Positions 12,471 through 24,957 of a stretch of 64,000 nt of DNA are shown in pieces. A program made the position numbers and the translations under genes. The number at the start of each line of letters is the position of its first letter. Position 1 is the stretch's first letter. A model generated the notes under the pieces. The model was given only the letters and a program-made list of their open reading frames with translations. It made no database searches and was not told the origin of the DNA. This DNA is from Balanoglossus misakiensis (taxonomy: Eukaryota; Animalia; Hemichordata): NCBI GenBank assembly GCA_040954595.2, contig CM082582.2, positions 6,760,063-6,824,062 of the forward strand, written 5' to 3'.

Positions 12471-14565
12471 TTGGTTTTTACTCTGGTGGCGCTGGAGGAC
12501 AACGGTGACACCCTTCTGGAGTAATTCTGAGGTCAAACGCCAGAATATATATTTCTCGGTAGACAAATTTCCCTCAATGAATCATTCTGTGTTTGGAATC
12601 TCTCCTCGCGATTCCTCTATTGTGCAACAGAATGACCTTCCCCTGACACAGGCATACTTTAATCATTGGTGACATGGACCTCCAAGCCTGGGGAGGGCAA
12701 AGGTCAACACTGGGGGAAACCAATGGTGGTTTTAAAGGCAAGCTTATAGTATCAATTTCACAGGACACAGGCTATCAATCCTGATACACACAAAACAGGC
12801 ACGGAAGAAGAAGCTATGAATTCCAACACATTCTCAAAAGCAGTGAACAGAAAGTGAACAGAAATTCCTACAAACTCCATAATCATCAATATCGAACAGT
12901 GTGAAGTGATTTTGTATGTGGATGGCAACTTATCACGGCTAAGAGACTAATATCACAAAGTTGACCATCTGACTTTGATCTACTGGCACAATAAATTACA
13001 GAGCTGTCAAGATCACATGCGAAATACAACCTTGAAATGCAAACAATGTGTACTTGTACATGTACTTGACAGTTCATCCAATAATGGGATCCATCAAATG
13101 GTATTTTAACTTTTTTTTTAAATGCCAATAAAGTCAGAAAATGCGTAATTTCCTTCTAATATGCTTGTGACAGTTGTGCGTGGGAATGTTTTATTCAATG
13201 TAATTCTAGCAACAACTGGTACATGTATACCAAGTTACCAACATCCCAGTTATGGAAGTTGCTATGAAACTCCACTAATCTTTGCTGGGGTGGTAAAAGA
13301 GTGTTGGAATGAAACTGATATGACTGTGGGGGTCAGTCCAGATCAAAAATCCACGACTCTCGATTGATTTATTAACCGCAAGATTTGTTTTAAGCTGTAC
13401 ATGTACCAGGGCAAGAGTTCAGCTTTCTGTGAAGCCAAGTCAATCGGTAGGCTCTCAGGGTTACGTCAAATGTTAGCTGACAATCAATCAACACACATAC
13501 AGGTGTACATGTACATGCATACAACACATACGAGATATAGGCGCACACAGAATCACCATGGATGTTTTGCCAGTACATGTAATAGTAATACAGTACTGTG
13601 TATCATCATATGCCCGTTCGAACACACAATCACCCTAGAACATTTGTACTGAATTACTACATGTATATTTAAAGGCACAATTAAACCAGCAATCAAAATT
13701 TACTTCGTTGTAAGTGGGCAATAAATTAACCATTAACCCAACAGTTTTGTGAAGTGGTTCACTCTCACTCAGTGACAACTTTGATGCACTGTAACATCAC
13801 ACAATGTGTTGTGTAACAGTGATATTACATGGTAATGGTCAGCAAATGCCAAAAGTTGGACGACTGCGAAATTGACTACTGTATCTCCGACACAAGGAAT
13901 GCCACCATTTGCATTCAAGCACACACTGTTGCCGCAGTGTCAATAATGATGACTTGAACATTTCAGTGTGTGGTACATGTACATTGTACATGTACCAGAC
14001 AATGTGGTAGCAACATTTTTACACCCAAATACTGAGAGACAAATTGGAAATGAAATTCAGGAGAAAGTAGATAAATGACGCGGGGAAAACAAACTACTAT
14101 TGCCATCGGTTATTAGCTGATACAATGTACGACCCCTTTCTAGCATTGTCAGCCGTTTGTGAACTGAGTAAACTGTGTATACATGTACAAGTAGCTGTCA
14201 ATCTGAGATAGATTTGAACCCTGTTCCACCTAGGGAAGTCTGTCACCTCCTGAAGTAATCAAGATTCTGGTTGAAATCCACTCTGCAGCCCTTTTAATGA
14301 GTTTACCTGTACGTGTGTGTGTAACTTGTACGGAGAATTGAACAGAGACCCAGTGTGAAATTACCGCAATAATTGACCATTTTAGTGTTGAAAGAACAGG
14401 AAAAGCACGCGTCTGACATCAGGACGTGGAGGAAATCAATTTAAACATGCGGCTAGTTTCATTAAGCTTTCATATCGCTAATGGAACTTTCTACATGCTG
14501 TTCAGGCATTGAGAATGAGGTCTGTCTGGAGAGAGCGAAGGAATGCTTCCCCTATTGGTTGTGGT

Positions 14566-14579
14566 GTTTCCATGGTAAC
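14566..14579. promoter_or_regulatory. Near-perfect RFX X-box (GTTTCCATGGTAAC) with adjacent CCAAT box
   Basis: Matches the palindromic X-box consensus; ATTGG at about 14554; lies inside dynein intron 1. Confidence 0.55.
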
Positions 14580-16745
14580 ACGCTGAGTTGGAAACCTTGG
14601 GGTGCATTCTCAACATTTCCCTGGATACAGACAGCCATCCCTTCATTCAAACGTGCAGAACCATCCCTTTTGCTCATTTAGTTTTTCTCTGCACCTGAAA
14701 ATTCTTTTCAACTGGATTTTAATAACATAGTCACAATGGATGTACATGTATGTATCACAATATTATAAATTTTTGGAAATATACTCTTTTTCAAAATGGG
14801 CACACCACATTGAATTATTATCAATATCACCACTCCTGTTGATATAATTTTTGCCACTGCTGATGTGGCCACTGCTAGCATCACTTCAGAAGTGACATTT
14901 CTATCATCAGCCAAAGTATGGCTGGCTAGACTGTGCAATTCGTGTATTTGCCCGACACTTAGTCAAATTACGCTGCAAAAGCATTGGAACAAATGAAAGG
15001 TGACGAAATCTAAATATTTGCGCTCTCTGCCAGACTAATATTTGTTCTACCACAGGCTTTGTGGAAAATACTGTCGAATTCAGCAATACGTAATACAGTC
15101 ACTTGCTGATCGCTGCAGATTACCTGACTTTCCATAAATGAAAGAAATAGGAGTGGGGAGGGTGGGATCTAATCTTCAAGTGACATTGCATATACATGTA
15201 CATGTACCTTGAGCTAAATTTTACTGAGACCGAGAATTCCATTTCTGAGTACTACGCTACTAATGCAATCAACAAAAGAAAGCTAAATTTATCAGTTTTT
15301 TCCCCAGAAGTGTAGAACTAACACTGTTAACCAAAAAGTCAGATTGGCATGGCCAACCTTTACAGTATCATCTGCAGAGGTACAAATTTACAATTGTATG
15401 AAGTCTTTTGCCAATACAAGGGTACCAGACAAGATTTTGTATATATCTACTGATGCAGAACACAATCCTGATTATACAATTGTTGTCTCTCATTCTCCAA
15501 GTCTTCCAAAACGACTCTCAAAAACAAAACAACTCTCGGAAACAATGTGCCGACTGAAGCAAGACTCTATCCATCCAAAAGCAAAAGAAATCAATCTAGG
15601 CTGGGGACACATCTTCCAAATGAGGGTTGAATAGAGCACAGCACAGTACACTGTACATGTACCCGCTGGGAACACAAACTTGTTAGGGTTAGATTTTCAT
15701 TAACCTCAGACAATTCCATTATCATCACCATTTTGTCAATGTGGAATAATACATGTATCAAAGCATGCAAAAGCAATTAACCATATCGCTCAGAATTCCC
15801 AAGCTGCATTTTGAGGAAATCTGATTTCCGACAACATCACTCTTTTATCTGTTTTGCTGTGTATACCCAGAGTGTGGCTAATGCATGTTGTTTCAACGTG
15901 TGGACATTTCAATAGCACAAGACAATACCACAGTGCCACAGATTAAAAAGTCTTCTGCTTTTTTTCGCCAGGAGCCCGGAGTCTGTTAGCCAACCTATGG
16001 GCTTACAACTGAAGTGGCAGCTTGTGCTAACTGTCAATAGTAAACGAAACAGACGATTCAAATAGACCAAATAGTACATCAGCCGTGTACTTATCTAAGC
16101 CATTCTCTTTCATTCATTGTGGTACTTTTCCAAAGGTTAAAAACACACTCGCCCAAATGCATTGAGACGGACAAACTCTGATTCAACGCTCAAAGCGATA
16201 ATTTTGCGGGGACGTCCTCGGGTCATTGACAATGAACCCCTCGTTGCCATGGTATCCGTTCAGAGGCAAAACACTTGCTGGTAAAGCAACCACTTGTAAA
16301 GTTCTGCTAGTATACTGAGTGCAATGTATGAAATCAGCTTCTAAATTTACAAGGATCCTGCTAGTGCTAACCTCTTTACACGTACAGCTTGTAAAAGAGC
16401 AAAAAAATGTTCTTGTGGTTTTACTTCTATTTTATGTGATGATTTTAGCCTGTTCCACAGTTAATAAATTGACATATAGGGTAGTACATGTAATCAGGAC
16501 ACTGCTGTTACCACAATGTGTACAAAGACGTAAAATAATGTGATGATTGCTGTTTTATTTCAATAGCATTGGAGACAGCTGAGCAGCGATCTCATGGCCT
16601 ACAGTAATTAAGCTCATCAATTTCGCTACAGCATCAATCTTCCTAGATACATACATATACATTTTAAGTAACACAAACATTCATACCAACTTTCACAACA
16701 CATTGAGCCCAGACTGGCAGTCCATCATCACTACCCCAACAAACA

Positions 16746-16831
16746 TAGTCTAGTATCCAGCCGTATCTTCTCCACTTTGCTTCTGTAGTTTTGGAAGCAA
16801 AGTGGACAAAATACGCCTAGATACTAGACTA
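16746..16831. mobile_element. Small palindromic (hairpin) MITE-like element
   Basis: Ends tagtctagtatc...gatactagacta with inner arms tccactttgcttc / gaagcaaagtgga; the whole 86 bp folds back on itself, with TA at both ends. Confidence 0.6.
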
Positions 16832-18949
16832 CCACAATCACAATTCGCTGCATTTTGAAAACAAGCAGCACCAATTATGATGTGCATCATTCAACAACAC
16901 CGTTCATTTAACTTGAAAAGAAATCTAAAAAGAGAACTTCAATGAGAAACCTATGAATTGATGTATAGACGGCCTTAGCCAATATGCAAATTATTTGCCA
17001 AGTGCCACTGTATTGTAGGATTTCATCAATATGCAACCTCAGTCGTGATGAAATCATACAATAAGATATGAATCCACGTTTCAAAAGATGCAGTTGTTAA
17101 TAACAATGCAACATCACATATCTTTTGAAAACATATATTGATTCATATTTTACTGATATTGATTGCGTCTACATGTATGTGAAATGCAACATTTTTTAAA
17201 AATACAAACTATTCTTGTACACATGCCATAATGCAGCATGATTAGGAAAATTAGTTTTTTACCATTTACTGAAAACTATAATCATTAAAAAATTTCAACC
17301 GAACATACCTTGTTCCTAATATATGTAAATAACCTTAACGCTAACCTAAATTGTATTGAAATTAATATTTTGCTCCAGATAAAAAAAATGAATTTAACAC
17401 AATATCACATATTCTTCACCATTTTAAAAACAATGTTTAACAATACCCTTGAAATTCTTTTATATCTCTTGGGAATAACAAATGTACATGCATAGTATTG
17501 GACCAATCTCACCAAAAAGCTGTAAACCTTTGCTGAAGTAGCATATTAACAGATTAATCTGTGGTGAGAAGCCAGCTTGTCTGTTACTGTAAATCAACAG
17601 ATAAGGCCAGACTTGCCCCTCAGCAGTTTCTACAACACCTCAATAATGAATACCACTTAACTGTTTGCCACTGTAAATTTATCCTAAACCCAGTTTTCGG
17701 AAACTTATCTCATTCAAATATTTTCAAATTTGGACTAGCTGACAAGATTGGAAAAGTTACTACTAACGTTTTTCAACTGTTCTGGTTTACAAAAAACAAA
17801 ACAAATTTCCATTTTTGTTTAAACTTTTCTAAACACACAAGTATTCCTTCCTTTTGGAGGTTGCCATGGAGACAGGTTGTACACTTAGGTGATGGACAGT
17901 GCCAGTCTGTGATTAACTACTGCTTTGACCATCCCAACAACGTATAAACATTTTGTATCCGCACAGAGCTTGGGTCTCAAGGAATGTCATGAAAACTTTT
18001 TACTTGTACAGTGTAATGCCTCTCGTTTATTTTGAAACTTATAGTTATTTCAAAAGTTCCAAACTAATTCAGTTTTTTAGATGTCAACACCAACAGGTAC
18101 TGGAGTCAGTGAATGAGTACAGTCCAAAATTTGACAGTAGTGAACTCTAGTGTATCCACTTCTGAAGGGGGGTCGCCCTCTTCTGTTGGGGGCAACATGT
18201 TTTATTGATCACTCGCGAAAAAAAGTGTCCGGTTTCAGATGACATCTGACACAGCCAAGACTCGAGGACAACTCAATTGGGTTTCAAACGTTCCTAACTG
18301 TTAGAGTACCACGCTGTGACTTTTTGTAAATTTCAAAACTACGGGTTAAATTTCTTTCTTTCTCATTTTTCAAGTTCTATCCCTGATTGACCTGTCTAGT
18401 GTACATCTCCGAGCCGCCTGCCTGTCGTTTGTGTCGAGTCAGCATCTTCAGGCAACGAAATTGGATGAATTGTCTCGGAGTAAATCTAGCAACAAAAGAT
18501 CACTTAAAATGGAGTGAATAAAAGTTTGTCACAATTTCTCGATTAAAGCGCACAAGCGATTAATTTAACTGCCTTTATTCGCTAATAGCAACGATGGGAT
18601 GGCCGTATACGCTCGTAAATATTTCATATGCGCCCAAGTTTAATAGTAAACAGTTACTGTTTAGTATTACACTTACAGCCGGGCGTTACCAACTCAATAT
18701 TCATATTCTCAAGGTATAAGTTTATTAACAAATGAACGGGAAAGACTGGAATGGAGAGAAAAATTTGGTGTACTAAATGTCCAGTATTACTACCAGTTCT
18801 GGTGGCTAGGCCACTATGAAGCGACTTCAGGTACAGCCTGGGACTCTATCGACTTCGCATTCGTTTCTCTGTCGCCCGTCAGCTGACAATCTGCTGATCA
18901 AGTACAGATAGATGTACTTTCCTGTTCGGGTGAAATCATTGCAACCTAC

Positions 18950-19078
18950 CTGTTTTTCCTTCAAATTTTCACCGGGTGCCAGCGCTGCCAACCGCGATTT
19001 GTTCTTGGGGTCGGCACTGGTTGTCCGTTTCTGTTTTCGCGGCTGGACGGGTGACTTTGGCTTTTCGATTTCCGACAT
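18950..19078 (-). CDS. DNAH5: Probable first coding exon of the dynein heavy chain gene
   Basis: MSEIEKPKSPVQPRKQKRTTSADPKNKSRLAALAPGENLKEKQ followed by CAG|gtaggt, phase 0, in frame with QKLKEER. Lies in a CpG-rich patch with X-box and YY1 motifs just upstream. The link across the ~15 kb intron is inferred. Confidence 0.7.
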
Positions 19079-19199
19079 GTTCGCCGAATAGTCGGAAACG
19101 CGGCTGTAAATGTGGCTTTGTGGTTTAGGAAAGCGTCCCTTTTCCTGAAAATGTCAAGATGAGCTGCATGAATTGTGTCAAAAATCGCCTCCAAACCGT

Positions 19200-19280
19200 C
19201 GCTTGCTACTTGCCCAGGTCGCCATAGCAAGTCGCCATCTTGGTCTGTTTATAGTTTCTACCTAACGACATGGTAATTAG
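19200..19280 (-). promoter_or_regulatory. Putative dynein promoter: RFX X-box-like plus YY1 motif
   Basis: GTCGCCATAGCAAG (19218-19231) resembles the X-box GTTNCCATGGNAAC; CGCCATCTT (19233-19241) is AAGATGGCG on the minus strand; about 140 bp upstream of the ATG. RFX control of ciliary genes is established knowledge. Confidence 0.6.
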
Positions 19281-20084
19281 CATGGTTGGTTGCATTGTGA
19301 AATGGGGTGGGTCATAAGTGCTTCCGCTATTGCTATGTGCATTTCACATTTATTCCTCAAACTTTGAATTAATTGTACCAAAATCACATAAGAAGATCGC
19401 ATTGAATATATTTTCCCATTAGACCATTTATTGTTTTACATCCAATGTTAAACTTGTTTCCATTCTCGTTTTATCAACCAGGGACCGGTTCACCCACCCC
19501 TCCGAAATGGTGCCAACGGGGTACAATGGTCAAGCTCTCTGTACAGCTAGTGTAGTGAATACCAGTGCACCATTGAGACCTGTGGGCAATGGTCCCGTTT
19601 CCCAGCAAAAACCTTCTATTGTTGACCAGCCCCCAGGACAATACCCCATTGTCGGAACATGTTTCACAAGCCTTCACCGTGTCCCCGACAACGACAACAA
19701 TCGACCAAATTGATATCACTTGCGAATTAAAAATGTCCTTCTAACCAAGTTTACCAAAATAATGACCAGGGTATTGGGCCCGCCGGAGTCTGCGTTTTTC
19801 GTTCAAAAATCGATCGCTTAGGTAAGCTTTATTGATTTTTTGTAACCGAAATATCCACATCGCAAGGCCTGGGGCGCTACCTTGTCACTAAATTTGCGAC
19901 TGTGGGGTAACGGTTCCTCACGTTTTCATACGGTTACATACGTAGTGGTAAATTTTCTTTGGCCTACCACTAGGTACGCTAGGCCTTAGTTTTAACCTGG
20001 CTTTAGGCCAAAAAGGCCTATACCAAATTTGTTCCGATTAAAAAAAACATACACACACACTATAGAACATGTATATACGGCGGT

Positions 20085-20115
20085 CATCCATCCATCCATC
20101 CGTCCATCCATCCAT
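20085..20115. repeat. (CATC)n microsatellite, probably within an interspersed repeat spanning about 19470-20150
   Basis: catccatccatccatccgtccatccatccat. Confidence 0.75.
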
Positions 20116-20582
20116 GAGTAAAGTTCTGACGAACATTATTCTGAAAAGGCCACAATTTTGTGCAAATACGATTCTTCCTTTTTTATTTTGTTTTACTTTT
20201 TATGGGTGAAAGCATGTCACAGCCCTCGAATTGGTTCGCTCTCTGTCAAATAGTTTTGGGGTACACAAACCGGTAGATTGTTGTTTGCTCTTGCTTGTGA
20301 AAACAAAAGAATTTTGCTCTTGTGAAAACAAAAGAAACAGCAGAAATATGTGTTAGGTGGCGTCTTTCTCTTGCATGCATCACATACATTTCAGTCTCAC
20401 AATAGTTGTTCATCGCCGAGTTTTAAAAAATGGAGACGAAAGCCGTACATTGTTCAAGTGACAAGCGTTTATTAGAAATGGCTTCTGTCTCTTTGAACGA
20501 AATGTTTATCATTGCCGATTGGTTGCTATGCATGTCCTCCTTTTCAAACATAGACAGTTGTCTATGATTGAAATGATCGACA

Positions 20583-22162
20583 TTATTTTGTAGCAACAGC
20601 TGTTATCAGGTAAAATGAGAAAACATAGTCGTCCCCATCCCTATCGCCCTTGTCTGTAACAAACTTGAACACATCTTCCATGTATTCTTCTTTCCTCTCT
20701 TCAGGAATCCTTGCAGCCTGTCCCATAAACAACCGATACATTACTGCAAGAAAACGGATAAACACGTTGTGACACACGTCTTTGCTAATAACACCAGGAG
20801 TTGCAAATTTACAGATATGGGGGTCACACAAAAATTAAGACGGTTCTGTTACCGTCTTAAAAACACGTGTGGACGGTGTATAGTGGTTCTGAAACGGCTT
20901 AGATTTGAGGCCGCTTTGCTGGTCAGACCTGAGCCGGTGTAAGGATTAACACCCATTGTCTATGGGACTGAGCCTCAGCGCCTGTGTGTGGACACAACGC
21001 GACTCAAAGGATTAATGCTCTGTGTTTACCATAGGTAAATAGTGTCTCAAGTTTTACCCTGTGTGAACCTGGTATAAGACTATGACGTTTACCTCTGGCA
21101 GAGTCTGGCTTGAATGGATGTGCACGTGGACTGGCTGTACACTTTATATCCTTGAAGCCAATTTCAGCCATTAATCTTTTGAAGTCATCACTGTTGCCAT
21201 TGAAAGGGAAGTATTGGTGTTCATACCCCTACAACGAAAATTAGGTGGATATCAGGACTTTTTTGTGTGTATTTAACTTCATAGCATGGTGTGCAAATGA
21301 TCATTGGCTGGTTATCCCGAGCTTGGTATATGTACAAAATATTGAACATGAACATGAAAAAAACACGTAAATAGTTTAACCGACTGTTTGACATTGAATT
21401 TCACCGAGATTTGCTGGGCACAGCCGGTTGGTTGCCAGGAAACGCCTAGTGATGAACCTTGATATTACCTCCATGTATTTTCTCCATTTGGGATGTTCAA
21501 TGTATTCACCGATGTCTGCGTTGGTATCAATCACATCGGAGTTTACTGCTGTAATATTTACATAGCACTGCCCACCAGGTTTCAAACTCTCATATATACC
21601 CTGCAGTGGTGTCTTGTGGTCAGGCATCCAGTGCAAGGCATAGTAAGCAAGGGCCTTATCAAACGAGTTGCTGTACTCCTCAAACGTTGTCAGCTTAGAA
21701 GCATCACCGAGTTTGTATGTGATGTTTTCTGCTGAAAACTTCTCCTTGGCTTCTTCGATCATCTTCGGTGAGATATCAAAAGCTGTAAGTTGAATGGAAT
21801 ATGACAATGAGACTCCCAATAAAGTGATCGACAAGGCACTTTACTTCTCCCTTTGATTTTTTTTTTGGGGGGGGGGGGTGGGGGACTGGATTTATATACT
21901 AAGTACTAGGTAATTCGCACCAGTTCCATATCCTAAAGTAGACATCATTTCTGTGCTTGCTATGGATGAATTATATGGGGTGGAAAAGCTCACCAGATAC
22001 CGACTTCACTCGTTCAGCGACAAGTTTAGTCAGTGTTCCTTCCCCACACGCAACATCCAGTAGGCTGTCGTTCTTGTCGAACGTCATGTCCATTGCTTCT
22101 ATGTCGGCCAGAGCACCTTTGCACCGTAAACTGGAATAGTGCTTTGCATCTGTTACATTCAT
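20583..22162 (-). CDS. Class I SAM-dependent methyltransferase, JHAMT-like, copy 1 (~259 aa)
   Basis: Exons 21994-22162, 21469-21782, 21093-21228, 20583-20743, all GT-AG with consistent phases (1,0,1). Motif I LLDVACGEG, FDISPKMIEEA, FDKALAYYALHW, LKPGG. Confidence 0.92.
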
Positions 22163-23647
22163 TTTGTTCGATGTGCTACTGGACGATTCTTCAGTCGACA
22201 AAGGAGTTATTTGGTAATAGAAAAATGTTCACGTACTAAAGGGAAGAAAAAAAGAATAACCAATGCAGAAAATATGCTTCAGGTCGGACTTTGGGTTCGC
22301 AAAGGATATGTATATCAGGTGCAGCCAACGAGTAGTGACCTATAATCACAACAAACTGCTAGTTTATTTAAGGCTAGACATACAAGCTAACCGATTTTAA
22401 GTCCAGAGAAGGGTCATGAGTCAACCGTTCATAATTTGCCCTCGGATGGAAAAATATCCCATCTACTCTTCTGTACTTAAACATCGTTTTTACCCGCTTG
22501 TCTGTTTGGGTCTCTGCTGGAACTGTTGCGGTGTTTAGCGCCTATGCTCCATACTAATACTATGCCCTAAATTGCGATTTTTTATAGCACGGGTTGCTAA
22601 ATTCCAACATACACCTACCTCCACGCCCGCACGAAAGCAACCTAGTTCCTTTACTGGACAATTCACCACGGCAACATTCAGATACGTGACAGAAATCAGA
22701 CTTTAACCTCAACCTCAGCATTCTATGTTCACAGGTTCGTGCATAACATTGCTGGGGTTAGCAGTTCGAGGCGGCCACAGGTCACACCGTTGTGGTATGT
22801 TATATACAGAAATACCACCACTGTCTATGGCTCTATCTATCACAGCATCCGACAAAATGCAATTGAGCAACGTAATTGCCACTGAGACTTACCTCAATGT
22901 CACCAATCGAATCCTTTAGGTCATATATCCATGACGTTGGGCGCACAAAAAGCGACAACCACCCACCAACTTGAAAACCCCACTACCACCGTGACGATGG
23001 TGGCCTCTTTGCATTTAAGGTCACTTTACTGACCTATACGACTGATCGTGCATAACGACTGTATAGCTGAATGTAGGAACCACTGGCAGTGTAACATTTA
23101 CCCAGGTGGACTATAGCTGTAAAGGCATCGGTCTCCAATGCTAGCCAACTCCTCTGTCACTGCACTGAGTGGCGTGTGCATCTCTAAAGAAAAAGTTCGT
23201 ATCTGATAAGTGCCACAGCTAAGTCCTCTGCAAGTTTTGTTTCCAAGAGATTAGCATTCACGCGGGGTTAACCCCCACAATAAAGTTGAGAGCTCAACAT
23301 TGCATTATTGCAACACTATTTACTAAAAAATTTCTCTGTTTTTTGGAATATGATACCCATGCACTGCAGTTGGATAGTAAATACCAATAAGTACACATAC
23401 TGGGTAAGTATTACATATAGAGTTAAAAAGTAAATATTTGGGCGGTACAGCTGCGACAATTGGAACATACCCCGTATACGTATCTAAGTTGCATGGTGTC
23501 TATAAGATTGTTATACAAAGCCAAAAATTTGTAAGTAGTTAAAAGGACACGTCTGTCAAGATGGGCACATCTAGATGGGACGGGGAAGACATAAATTTCA
23601 GCTATGTTGGTTCCGTCGGCAAATATGGCATAGGGTCGCACGAATAA

Positions 23648-24712
23648 GGGAGCATTCGTTTTTTACAGGGAGGGGGGGGGCGGTGGAAATCAGGGGGGGG
23701 TTTACTTTTACAAAGCAGTTTTTAGGGGGGACAAATTTTATAATCAAGGGATTATAGGGACTGAAAGGGGGACTTGAAAACTTTGACGGCTAAATATTTA
23801 TTTTGAGTCCACAAAAATGCAGTTTCGCGTCCTTTATTTTACAAAATTTTCTTACGTGGGAGGGGGACACCCCCTCCCACACCCACCCCCTCCATTCATC
23901 AATACCTTTCAATCATTTACTGGTTTATCTAGTGTCCCAGGTCAGGGGACTTGCCACCACCCCATGATAACTTTGAGCGGCGACGTTAATTTGCTTTTGC
24001 TGGGTTCATTAAAATGCAGCTTTCAGCTCTGTATTTTATAAAATTTTCTTACGTCGTGGGAGGGGGACACCCCCTCCCAAACCCACCCCCTTCAATTCTC
24101 GGTTTACAATGTCTCCCAACACAGAATACTAATACTTAAAAAATAAAAACAATGTTCAGTAGACATGTACATGAACAGACATAAATTGACAACAGAGAAA
24201 AAGATGCTGAAAAAAGACAAACTGAAAATAGTTGAAGCGCACATTGGCCGGAAACTGTGTCAAACAACTCTGGAAAGTCTCAGAGTAAACCATGAGAGGG
24301 ACAAAGAGGAGGATGAGCAGGAGGATGAAGAGGATGACTTGGACGAGAACAGTGAACCAGAAGATGAACATGTAGTGATAGGTGAACTAGGTGATCCAGC
24401 GGAAAGTGACTCAGAAAGTGATAGCGGCGACACTGAAAATGAACTCTTTCACGTAACAAGATCAGGCAGACAATGCACTACTTGGAAATCAAGGAACTAG
24501 GTTTCATGGTTGATTATGTGGTATGTCGAACATACACCAATATCTGACAAAGTTTGATAAGTTTAATCCGGTGGATAAACTTTTTTTTTTTTTTTTTTGG
24601 GGGGGGGGTCACATTTTAGAAAAGTAATTTCCAGGGGGGGTTGCCTTTTACATTTAGTCGGCGACTCAAATTCCACCGCCCCCCCCCCTCCCTGTAAAAA
24701 ACGAATGCTCCC
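23648..24712. mobile_element. Non-autonomous PIF/Harbinger-type DNA transposon (1065 bp)
   Basis: ~40-bp TIRs gggagcattcgttttttacagggag(g)n cggtggaa / ttccaccg(c)n tccctgtaaaaaacgaatgctccc; TAA on both sides (23645-47, 24713-15). A paralogous empty site is visible at about 32418-32445. Confidence 0.88.
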
Positions 24713-24957
24713 TAACGCACATATCGGGTGATGTCATCCTCGAATGTGGATTGCTAAGTTTGCATGGATGACAAATCGTTTTCCGTCAAATTTATGAAGT
24801 TCCGTCGAAGTACGGAAAATTGCGATCATTGGTATCTACACTGCGATTCTACATAAAATAGTAAGTATAACGTTAAGATTCTAATACGGAATTTTGCATT
24901 GTTATATTTGTCCAATTCTTTGCCACATTCTTATCCTCATATGTAAATGATATATCA

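Noticed and set aside
15124-15135. ATG GAA AGT CAG|gtaatc mini first exon (minus strand, phase 0)
   Set aside because: Too short to distinguish from chance and no clear promoter motif immediately upstream.
24165-24500. Acidic 111-aa ORF as a standalone host gene
   Set aside because: It lies wholly inside a TIR/TSD-bounded transposon and has no gene structure of its own.
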